From Candidatus Micrarchaeota archaeon (GTDB lineage: Archaea; Micrarchaeota; Micrarchaeia; CAILAH01), in the NCBI GenBank assembly GCA_026419815.1, contig JAOAKR010000002.1:1-26212 (forward strand): DNA of 26,212 bases. Reading direction: 5' to 3'. Positions 7,854 to 15,602 of this stretch are shown here, one piece after another. The notes under the pieces were generated by a model. The model worked only from the letters and a program-made list of their open reading frames with translations, was not told the origin of the DNA and searched no databases. The position numbers and the translations under genes are program-made. Every line of letters starts with the position of its first letter. The first letter of the stretch is position 1.

Positions 7854-9029
7854 CTATTGCACCAGCCCAAGGCCAGCCAGCAGGAAATATAGCGAGATGC
7901 AGGCGAGCGGGACTGTAAAATTATCGTCAAATTTTGGCGGCAGCGACTCAACGAGCGATGCCAGTGCGGCAAGTGCAATTGCCGCCCACGGCCCTATGAA
8001 AATTAACGAGAGCGCAGCGGTTGACCCAACGAACGCAAGTGTGCCCTCAAGCGTCTTCTCGGGGTTGAGCGGGTTCCTGTGCGTGCCGTGCATCCCTGCA
8101 ATTGTCGCGACCCCGTCGCCCACACCGAGCGCGACTATTGTTGCGGCAAGGAATGCCGTGTTTGGCAGGAACACAAATGCGAACAGTATCCCCATCCCGT
8201 ACCAGAATGCGCCGTAGCCGGGCCGCGACTTTTTGCGCTCAAACATCCCGAGCAGCCAGTGCAGCACGCCCCTGCCGCCCGTTGCGTGCCAATGGTTCAT
8301 CAGGAGCAGGATGCCAAGCAGCCCAACGAATATCACGAATTCAAGGTATATGCGGCCGTTCTCACCGTATTGCATTGCGGCTGCCTGCAGTGCTGCGACA
8401 AGTAGGATGCCTACTGCTATGTGCAGCAGCTGCCTGCGCAGCTCAAACTTGTGGTCGGCTGTGGGCGGCCTGTTGAGTGAGAGTGTGCCGCGCGAGCGCA
8501 GCCTGCTCACTATGTCATAAGAGAAAAACCCGATTACAAAGCCGGCGAGCACATCGTTCAGGAAATGCACGCCGAGGTTGATGCGCGAGAACCCTATCAT
8601 CAGGTTAAGCACAAAGAAGAATATGAATGCCGGCGAGCCGACCTGCGACGCAAGCAGTGTTGCTGCAATTGCACTGTGCCCACTTGGGAATGACGTGTCC
8701 GGCGCTGAGGGGCAAACATATACAGTGTAAGTTGGATCAATTGCGCAGGGGCGCGGTATCCCCGCAGCATACTTGAGCACAAAAGTTATTGTGAGTGAGA
8801 GTGCCATTGCGAGCACGAGGTTGACTGCCGTGCGCTCGCGCGCAAGCACCTGGCAGATGGTTGGCCTGCGCTTCCCAAACTTGCTGCGCACAATTACAAA
8901 TGCAAGGTATATGAGCGGCAATACGAGCAGCAGCTGCGCGTAATAGTCAAGGAAATAGGAGAATACCGTAACCAACGGGTCGTTTATGCCCGCAATTGCG
9001 CGCGTAATTGCGTCGAATGCCGGCCGCAT
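7854..9029 (-). CDS. PAP2 phosphatase fused to a CTP-dependent dolichol/phytol kinase-family (SEC59/CTP_transf_1-like) domain, 391 aa, polytopic membrane protein
   Basis: Complete PAP2 triad KYAAGIPRP / SFPSGHS / SRINLGVHFLNDV in the N-half. C-half has ELRRQLLHI, GVGDGVATIAG, NPEKTLEGT and LVESLP..DDNFTVP, typical of the dolichol-kinase family. Confidence 0.85.
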   Translation of the reverse strand: MRPAFDAITRAIAGINDPLVTVFSYFLDYYAQLLLVLPLIYLAFVIVRSKFGKRRPTICQVLARERTAVNLVLAMALSLTITFVLKYAAGIPRPCAIDPTYTVYVCPSAPDTSFPSGHSAIAATLLASQVGSPAFIFFFVLNLMIGFSRINLGVHFLNDVLAGFVIGFFSYDIVSRLRSRGTLSLNRPPTADHKFELRRQLLHIAVGILLVAALQAAAMQYGENGRIYLEFVIFVGLLGILLLMNHWHATGGRGVLHWLLGMFERKKSRPGYGAFWYGMGILFAFVFLPNTAFLAATIVALGVGDGVATIAGMHGTHRNPLNPEKTLEGTLAFVGSTAALSLIFIGPWAAIALAALASLVESLPPKFDDNFTVPLACISLYFLLAGLGLVQ

Positions 9030-9095
9030 ACGCCTATAAGGCTCAGGTAAACGTTAAAAACATTAGCAGAAACAACATAGGCAATAGGTGATGCT

Positions 9096-9248
9096 ATGGC
9101 GTATGGAGATGACGATTACGATGATGAGGAGGAAATTGAGGAAGAGGAGGAAGAGGACGAGGAGGAGTGGGACGAGGAAGACGAGGACTGGAACGACGAG
9201 TCCGAGGATGAGGAGGAAGAGGAAGAAGAGGAGGAAGAGGAGGAATAG
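9096..9248 (+). CDS. Hyperacidic microprotein, 50 aa, 40 of 50 residues D/E
   Basis: AGGTGA Shine-Dalgarno at 9086-9091, ATG 9096, TAG 9246-9248. MAYGDDDYDDEEEIEEEEEEDEEEWDEEDEDWNDESEDEEEEEEEEEEEE. Mixed GAG/GAA/GAT/GAC codons all keep one frame. Below the ORF-track length cut-off. Confidence 0.65.
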   Translation: MAYGDDDYDDEEEIEEEEEEDEEEWDEEDEDWNDESEDEEEEEEEEEEEE

Positions 9249-12200
9249 CTACTCGTAAGCCCTCTTCAGCGATTTTTGCAAATCGGAGCCGGCCTTGCCG
9301 CCCTCCCTCATTTTGATTACTATAAAGGAAAGGATTATTACGGCGATGCCTGCAAGGACGAGCGTGTAATCCTGCCCTTCGCTTGGCTGTGAGCCGAGCG
9401 CTTCAAGCATTCCAACAGCGGCGTCACGCGCGCTGGAATACCTGCCCTGCTCAAACAGCCGGTCAATATCCTTGGCCTTGGATTCAAGCTGGCTGCGCCT
9501 TGCATCATCCTGCACACCGGCTATTGAGCTGCGCAGCTCTGAGATTGCAAATACCGCGCCTTCCCTTAATGTCCTTATGTATGAGCCCACGGAGGAAGTG
9601 AGCTGCTCAATGCTTGTTGTGAAGGCGGGATAGTCTGAATCCTGCTGCGGGGACTGTGCAAGCGCGCGGTCTATCTCAGACAGCATCTCTTGCGGGCAGG
9701 ATGCGCCGCACGCTTTCACGAGCGCATCGCGCGCCGACTTTAAGGACGCCACCGCTGACTTGAACCGCTCCCTGAATGATGACGCCGCCGCCTTTGATGA
9801 GGATTTCGCTGATGAGAGTGATAGCTCAAGAGACTCTATGCGCGAGCTGATGCGGTCAAGTGCTGAAAACGTCTCGGAAGAAGGGACGCCTGATGATGCG
9901 GCTGATGAAAGCTCTGCCTCAACTTGCGAGATTTCCGGTGGAAGCGAATCCGCATATCCTAACGAGATGAGCTCAAGCCACCCCTTCTTGACATCGTTAA
10001 GCCTCTGTGACAAGGAATACGCCCGTGAATACGCCTCTGAGCTGAGCGAGTATGCCTCATCGCGCCCTTTCTCAAGCAGCCTGATGCGCTTCTCATCGTC
10101 ACCCTCATTAAGTGAGGAATCATAATATGACTGTATCCTTGAGAGCGATTCTGAAACCTGTGGGTCGCTCACATTGCCGAGACCGTTAAGCGTTGAGTTC
10201 AGGAGGCGCTTGAGCTTCTCCTCGTACTCCTTGCGCTGTTCACGCTGCCTTTTTTCGGCCTCGCAATCCGCAAGCGCCTTCTCGGCGAGCGTCACCTCCC
10301 GGTATGCGGTTGCCAGGTTGCCGGACTTGAGCTGTATCCCAGAAAGCTCTGCGTGCAGCCTGGCTTCCTGGCAGGACGTGAACAATGCTGATGAGTTCAC
10401 TGCGGATATGCGTGCACTTATCCGTGAAGACTCAAGGTCTGACTTTGCAGTCACCCTTATGCGGCACTGTGAGCCCGCCTGTATGCGGCTTACTGTGAAT
10501 GAAAGCGATGTGCTTTGCGATGTTGATGAGAGCGACAGTGAGGATGCAGCGCAATCTGAGGAGGACGCCTTTGCAGAGGTGGTGCGGCCCGGCAGCTCAA
10601 CCTGCGCAACATACCCCTCAACCGCGACTGGCGCAGTGTTCTCAACTATGACGTCCATCACCACATCGTCTCCTGAAGCCTGTACGCTTGATGCATATAC
10701 TCTCACAGGGCCCTGCATCTCGTAAACCTCGGTTATCGTGTGCTTCCCCTGCAAAATTTCCCTGGATATCCTGGCATTGCCGTAAAACTCGCCCAAAGGC
10801 TCGCCATCGTAAAGCAGTGTATATGTGCGGTTGAAGCGCGGCTGCACCCACAAGTGCGGCAGCACGCCGTAAGCGGTTGCCTGGCGCTCAACACGGATAG
10901 TAAGCAGTGTGGGTGATGAGAGGGATGATGACGTTTTTGATGAATCAATAGTCGCGAGCGTGCGGTTGTCCGTAAACGTTATCGTGTAAAGCTTGTTCGG
11001 CGTGTATGAGGGGATTAGCACTGAAAGCCTGCCGTTTGAGTAGCTGTGCTCAATGCCATCCTGCGCTGAAGCCTTTGACAGCGAGAGGTCATATGGCACC
11101 TGCACTTCATATGTTATCCCCCGCAATTCTATGCCTGGGTTGATGGTACTGAACGCTGAGTGCAAAACCTGCCTCTGCACTGGCTGCCCGAGGTATATCT
11201 CTCCTGAGTATAAGACGGCTGTCCGTGAGTTTCTGGATAGAGATGCGGATACTATTTGCCTTGCGCGCGAGCGTACTTCTCCTTCAAGCGCCGCGATATC
11301 TGATGCTATTTCCTTGTAATGACCGAGCGAGCGGTATGGGTCAAAACCTCCGGAAAGCGAGATGTATTGCTGGAGCCTTGGGCTTGCCTGTGGCGGTGTG
11401 CCGCCCATCGCCTCAATCTCTTGGATTGCCGGGCCAAGCTGCCTGTATTTTGCCCATAAGTATGAGTATTGCGCGGATGCACGGCTTACTATGAGCTCAG
11501 CAAGCTCAAGTGCCCGGGAAGATATTTCTGCGGCCTGTGCGGCATCAATGTTTTGGGAACTGAGTGCGGCCATCCCCCTCTTGTAATATGAATCAGCATC
11601 AGAAACATCCACACCATCGGCTCTTGCGAGTGCAGTAATGTTCTTCAGGTAGTCAAGAGACTGCCTTGCCATTGCAATAGCGTTGTCCTTCGCCGAATAG
11701 CTTGGCGAGAGGAGTGTGCGCGCGGTTGTGAGCATCATATGTGCCTTGCGCAGGTTTGTTATGCGCGCGCCCGCAGTTGCACCTGTTCCAATGAGCTTCT
11801 CTGCAGAATCTATGAGCGTGCGCGCCTGTTCCAGCCGAGATGCATCCTGCTCAGTTGCGGGCACAAATGCGGAAGCATCGGCCTTTGCCTGCGCAAGCAG
11901 CATAAGTGTTGCCTCGGATGCGGCCTTCTCAATTGCGCGGCCGGACTTATCTGCCTGCTCAAGCTCAAAAGATGCGGCGGTCAGGTGCTCCAAAGCCTCA
12001 TAATGCAGGCTTATGGCGTTCCCGACGTATCCGCGCCCTTTTGATGCATACGTGGCATCCGCCTGCGTGAGAAGTGACTGTGCGCGTGCAATCCTGAGTG
12101 CGGCGCTGTCAATGCGCATAGCCGGGGAATCCGTGCTGAATGACTGCACGCCAAAATATGCCGCATCTGCACCCGATATGCCGCTATATTCAGATGAGAG

Positions 12201-13100
12201 GCGGGTGGAAAGTTCTTGGGCGGACGAGAGCGCACGAAGTGACTGCGTGCGTGATGATGCATACTCGCCCTCAAGCGCGGATATCACCTCTCCTTGCAGG
12301 ACATACACATAATAAAGCTGTGACACTGTTGAGCCTGTGCCGCTTATGCACCCGAACGCATAATCCTTGAAATATGACGAGAGCTGCGAGTATTTTGAGC
12401 CCGATGACTCAGGTGAGAGCGACGCAATTATTGACTTAAGCCGCTCAGAGGTCTTAAGTAGTGATTCTGACTTTTGGGATGCTGTGCCGAGGCTGTTGCT
12501 AAGGTCAGCAATCCGGTTTGCCTGCACGCCGGTATATTTTGAGCCGCCACACATATTATCAAGCGTGCGCTGGCGCTCGGCAACTTTGGAGAGCATTGCA
12601 TTATGGGCCTCTGCCGCGTTTTCGGCAGCGATTGACATATGGGTATAATAATCGGACGCCTGCTCCATCACAGTGCGGCCCTCAACTGTCACGTCTATTG
12701 CCTCACCCACAAATATGATGAACATGCTTAATGGCATATTAACAAGCGCGGTCAGTATAACGGTAGCATCAACATCATCTTCAAGGCTCAATATCAGCCT
12801 GAGCGAGTGGAGCATCCTTTGCCGGGCTGCCTCCGCTTTTGAAATGTGCTCCTGCGACTCCTTCGCGCTTGAGATTACCCCTGCAAGGTCCCTGTCTCCT
12901 GACATCTGGGAGAGGTATGCAAGCGACGGCGGCGTTGATGAGTCTTCTGAGCCCACAACGGCCTCAATGGCGGGGAGGTTTAGGTATTGGAACGACTCCC
13001 ACGGGCGTGCAAACCTCTGCTCAAGGTAAGTTGCGTTGAATGCGTGCAGCTGCGTGAGCAGGAGCATAGACATAACTGCCAGGAAAATTGGTGAGCGCAT
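9249..13100 (-). CDS. Large membrane-anchored surface protein of unknown function, 1283 aa
   Basis: Signal-peptide-like start MRSPIFLAVMSMLLLTQLHA at ATG 13100 (the track's 13199 start lies inside the repeat array). Long Ala/Ser-rich helical regions flank a beta-rich Ig-like middle. C-terminal TM helix YTLVLAGIAVIILSFIVI followed by a basic tail. Confidence 0.8.
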   Translation of the reverse strand: MRSPIFLAVMSMLLLTQLHAFNATYLEQRFARPWESFQYLNLPAIEAVVGSEDSSTPPSLAYLSQMSGDRDLAGVISSAKESQEHISKAEAARQRMLHSLRLILSLEDDVDATVILTALVNMPLSMFIIFVGEAIDVTVEGRTVMEQASDYYTHMSIAAENAAEAHNAMLSKVAERQRTLDNMCGGSKYTGVQANRIADLSNSLGTASQKSESLLKTSERLKSIIASLSPESSGSKYSQLSSYFKDYAFGCISGTGSTVSQLYYVYVLQGEVISALEGEYASSRTQSLRALSSAQELSTRLSSEYSGISGADAAYFGVQSFSTDSPAMRIDSAALRIARAQSLLTQADATYASKGRGYVGNAISLHYEALEHLTAASFELEQADKSGRAIEKAASEATLMLLAQAKADASAFVPATEQDASRLEQARTLIDSAEKLIGTGATAGARITNLRKAHMMLTTARTLLSPSYSAKDNAIAMARQSLDYLKNITALARADGVDVSDADSYYKRGMAALSSQNIDAAQAAEISSRALELAELIVSRASAQYSYLWAKYRQLGPAIQEIEAMGGTPPQASPRLQQYISLSGGFDPYRSLGHYKEIASDIAALEGEVRSRARQIVSASLSRNSRTAVLYSGEIYLGQPVQRQVLHSAFSTINPGIELRGITYEVQVPYDLSLSKASAQDGIEHSYSNGRLSVLIPSYTPNKLYTITFTDNRTLATIDSSKTSSSLSSPTLLTIRVERQATAYGVLPHLWVQPRFNRTYTLLYDGEPLGEFYGNARISREILQGKHTITEVYEMQGPVRVYASSVQASGDDVVMDVIVENTAPVAVEGYVAQVELPGRTTSAKASSSDCAASSLSLSSTSQSTSLSFTVSRIQAGSQCRIRVTAKSDLESSRISARISAVNSSALFTSCQEARLHAELSGIQLKSGNLATAYREVTLAEKALADCEAEKRQREQRKEYEEKLKRLLNSTLNGLGNVSDPQVSESLSRIQSYYDSSLNEGDDEKRIRLLEKGRDEAYSLSSEAYSRAYSLSQRLNDVKKGWLELISLGYADSLPPEISQVEAELSSAASSGVPSSETFSALDRISSRIESLELSLSSAKSSSKAAASSFRERFKSAVASLKSARDALVKACGASCPQEMLSEIDRALAQSPQQDSDYPAFTTSIEQLTSSVGSYIRTLREGAVFAISELRSSIAGVQDDARRSQLESKAKDIDRLFEQGRYSSARDAAVGMLEALGSQPSEGQDYTLVLAGIAVIILSFIVIKMREGGKAGSDLQKSLKRAYE

Positions 13101-13131
13101 GAGTATTATAGGAAAGGAAAAATAAACTACT

Positions 13132-13565
13132 TTTCGGAAAAGAGCAAATACCAAAAAATAATTAATAAGGTGCTTACTTGCTCTGGAAGAAGTGAGCATT
13201 ATCGTGAGGAATCACACATCTTTCGGAAAAGAGCAAATACCAAAAAATAATTAATAAGGTGCTTATTTGCTCTGGAAGAAGTGAGCATTATCGTGAGGAA
13301 TCACACATCTTTCGGAAAAGCAAACCAAAAAATAATTAATAAGGTGCTTATTTGCTCTGGAAGAAGTGGGTATTATCGTGAGGAATCACACATCTTTCGG
13401 AAAAGCAAACCAAAAAAATAATTAATAAGGTGCTTATTTGCTCTGGAAGAAGGGGTATTATCGTGAGGAATCACACATCTTTCGGAAAAGCAAACCAAAA
13501 AATAATTAATAAGGTGCTTACTTGCTCTGGAAGAAGTAGGCGATTATCGTGAGGAATATCCACAC
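13132..13565. repeat. Tandem direct repeat, 5 copies of an 85-89-bp unit
   Basis: Units start at 13132, 13221, 13310, 13395 and 13480. Core TTTCGGAAAAG..CAAA..CCAAAAAATAATTAATAAGGTGCTTA(C/T)TTGCTCTGGAAGAAG..ATTATCGTGAGGAATCACACATC. The last copy overlaps the 3' end of the 13518-13877 gene. Confidence 0.92.
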
Positions 13566-13877
13566 GACTATGGACACAAGCGTAAGCTGGGCAAGCTGCA
13601 TTGGGTTGAACCACCATATTGCCGCGGCAATCAGGGCAGTCATTATTGTGCTGAGTATTATGCTGAGCGCAATGCGGAGCATATTGTCCTCTTCCTCAAC
13701 CTGCACGGCCTCCTTCACGTCTTCCTTTATTTCCGGGCGCAAGTCCTTCTCAATTATGGGCTCTATGCGCTCCACAATCTTCTTCTCAAGGGGTGAGAGG
13801 CGTGCCTGCGCCTTCCTTGCCGCGGGCTTCCTCTTTGCGACCTTTGCTTTTTTGGGTTTTGGCTTCTTTGCTGCCAT
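13518..13877 (-). CDS. Small membrane protein, 119 aa: Lys/Ala/Pro-rich basic N-terminus, acidic linker, two TM helices
   Basis: MAAKKPKPKKAKVAKRKPAARK..., then ALSIILSTIMTALIAAAIWWF and LTLVSIVVWIFLTIIAYFF. TATA-like TTTATAAATA upstream on the minus strand. Confidence 0.75.
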   Translation of the reverse strand: MAAKKPKPKKAKVAKRKPAARKAQARLSPLEKKIVERIEPIIEKDLRPEIKEDVKEAVQVEEEDNMLRIALSIILSTIMTALIAAAIWWFNPMQLAQLTLVSIVVWIFLTIIAYFFQSK

Positions 13878-13940
13878 ATAAATGCACCAAAATTACTTTG
13901 CAGTGCTTATTTATAAATCTTTGAAATAGATTAGGTATGT

Positions 13941-14309
13941 ATGGAAAAGCGGCAGGAGCTTGAGGCTATACTGGCTGACTTGCGCAAGGTCGGTGATGTT
14001 GATGCGAGCGCAATAGTGCGCAGGGACGGCCTTATGGTTGCGAGCGATATGCCAAATTATGTTGACGCGAGGACTATTGCCGCAATGACAGCCGCGCTTG
14101 TCGGCACTGCTGAAACGTCATCTGGCGAGCTCAAGCTCGGCACGTTCGGCCAGGTTATTGTTGAGAGTGGGGACGGCAAGCTTGTGGCGACCGGTGCTGG
14201 CGAGCTTGCAATAATCGCGTGCCTTGTCAGCAAGAATGCGAACCTTGGCCTTGTGCTGCTCAGCATGGACAAGGCGAGCAGGAAGGTTGCACAGGTAATA
14301 AAGGAGTAG
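13941..14309 (+). CDS. Roadblock/LC7 (MglB-like) domain protein, 122 aa
   Basis: DVDASAIVRRDGLMVAS, IAAMTAALVGTAE, QVIVESGDGKLV, ANLGLVLLSM: canonical roadblock pattern. Confidence 0.9.
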   Translation: MEKRQELEAILADLRKVGDVDASAIVRRDGLMVASDMPNYVDARTIAAMTAALVGTAETSSGELKLGTFGQVIVESGDGKLVATGAGELAIIACLVSKNANLGLVLLSMDKASRKVAQVIKE

Positions 14310-14316
14310 TGTGGCG

Positions 14317-14496
14317 ATGGCAACCCCAAGGGAGCTTATGAAGCGTGCAAGGAAAGTGCTCGGCCCCGTGGCTGAGACTATTGGGACTGAGCTCACAATC
14401 CAGGGGCTTGATGATGAGGAGTTTGAGAGGGAATACATTGAGCGGCTCGCCAAGATAACTGGGAACAAGAAGCTTGTGGAGAACATACTTAAGTAG
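14317..14496 (+). CDS. Small helical hypothetical protein, 59 aa
   Basis: Immediately follows the roadblock stop, GGAG upstream. MATPRELMKRARKVLGPVAETIG...EREYIERLAKITGNKKLVENILK. GTG 14311 is an alternative start. Confidence 0.65.
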   Translation: MATPRELMKRARKVLGPVAETIGTELTIQGLDDEEFEREYIERLAKITGNKKLVENILK

Positions 14497-14530
14497 CCGC
14501 TTCACCAAAATGCCGCATTAGGGGGATATT

Positions 14531-15565
14531 GTGGATGGCCTTATATTAAATGAGAGCGTGCTTTTGCCGGAGTTCCAGCCTGAGCGGCTGCCTGGCAGGG
14601 AAGGCGAGATTGAAGAGATTGCGCACAACTTCAGGCTTGCACTTGAGGGGAGAAAGCCGCAGAACCTCCTCATACACGGGCCGCCCGGCACTGGAAAGAC
14701 GGCGGTGCTCAAGCACGTTATGGGGCTTCTTGAGGAATACTCTTCAAAGGTAAGGATTGCATATGTCAACTGCTGGAATGCGGGCACGCGGTACGGCGTG
14801 CTCGGCGAGGTTGCGCGGAAGGTGGGCTTCATATCCCCAATGAAAGGGACAGCTGTTGAGGACCTGTTGAGGAGGATTGCTGAGATATCCGTAAAGAGGG
14901 GGCTGTATGTTGTTGTTGTGCTTGATGAGATGGACCGGCTTGTGGCAAGCGGGCACGGCGATGTGCTTTACGACCTGAGCAGGATGAATGAAGTGTACGG
15001 GGCGAGGGTAAGCGTCGTCGGGGTAGTCAATGATTTTGGGCTTGTAATGTCGCTTGACCCGCGGATCCGCAGCTCGGTCATAAGCAAGGATATTGAGTTT
15101 AAGGGATATACGGTGCCTCTTCTCAAGAGGATACTCATTGAGAGGGCACGGCACGCATTCAAGTCGGCAGATGATGAGGCGGTTGGGCTGTGTGCGGCGC
15201 ACGCATACAAGTGTGGCGGTGATGCGCGCCTGGCAATCAGCCTCCTGCTTGCCGCCGGCAGGATAGCCGAGAAAAAGGGCTTGCGGGAGCTTGACGTTGG
15301 CTCGGTAAGGGAAGCTGCATCCCAAAAGAGCTTTGTCCCGAAGCAGGAGAAGGCTGAGGTTTTACTGGGTGAAGTTGAGCGGATGATTGTTGATGCACTC
15401 AAGGATGGGCCACTGCAGAGCGGCGACCTATACAGGAAGCTCGGCTCAATCAACGAGCGCACGCTCAGGAATTACATAGCAAAGCTTGTTGAGTCTGGCA
15501 TAATAGTTGCAGAGGAGGCGGAGGGCAAAGGTAAGAGCCGTGTACTCAGGCTCAGGGGCAAGTAG
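14531..15565 (+). CDS. cdc6: Orc1/Cdc6 replication initiator, 344 aa
   Basis: PERLPGREGEI, Walker A HGPPGTGKT, YVNC, Walker B VVVLDEMD, LDPRIRSS, Y....L..IL..RA, GGDARLAI, C-terminal winged helix. Confidence 0.92.
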   Translation: MDGLILNESVLLPEFQPERLPGREGEIEEIAHNFRLALEGRKPQNLLIHGPPGTGKTAVLKHVMGLLEEYSSKVRIAYVNCWNAGTRYGVLGEVARKVGFISPMKGTAVEDLLRRIAEISVKRGLYVVVVLDEMDRLVASGHGDVLYDLSRMNEVYGARVSVVGVVNDFGLVMSLDPRIRSSVISKDIEFKGYTVPLLKRILIERARHAFKSADDEAVGLCAAHAYKCGGDARLAISLLLAAGRIAEKKGLRELDVGSVREAASQKSFVPKQEKAEVLLGEVERMIVDALKDGPLQSGDLYRKLGSINERTLRNYIAKLVESGIIVAEEAEGKGKSRVLRLRGK

Positions 15566-15602
15566 GCACTGCTTTTAAAATGTGCAACACTAATTCTACC
15601 CT

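Noticed and set aside
13101-13199. 33-aa N-terminal extension of the 1316-aa ORF in the track
   Set aside because: It lies largely in the repeat array and would displace the signal peptide that begins at ATG 13100.
13132-13565. Tandem array as a CRISPR array (a Cas2-like gene is 8.5 kb away)
   Set aside because: Whole 85-89-bp units are repeated with no unique spacers, and the unit derives from a coding 3' end.
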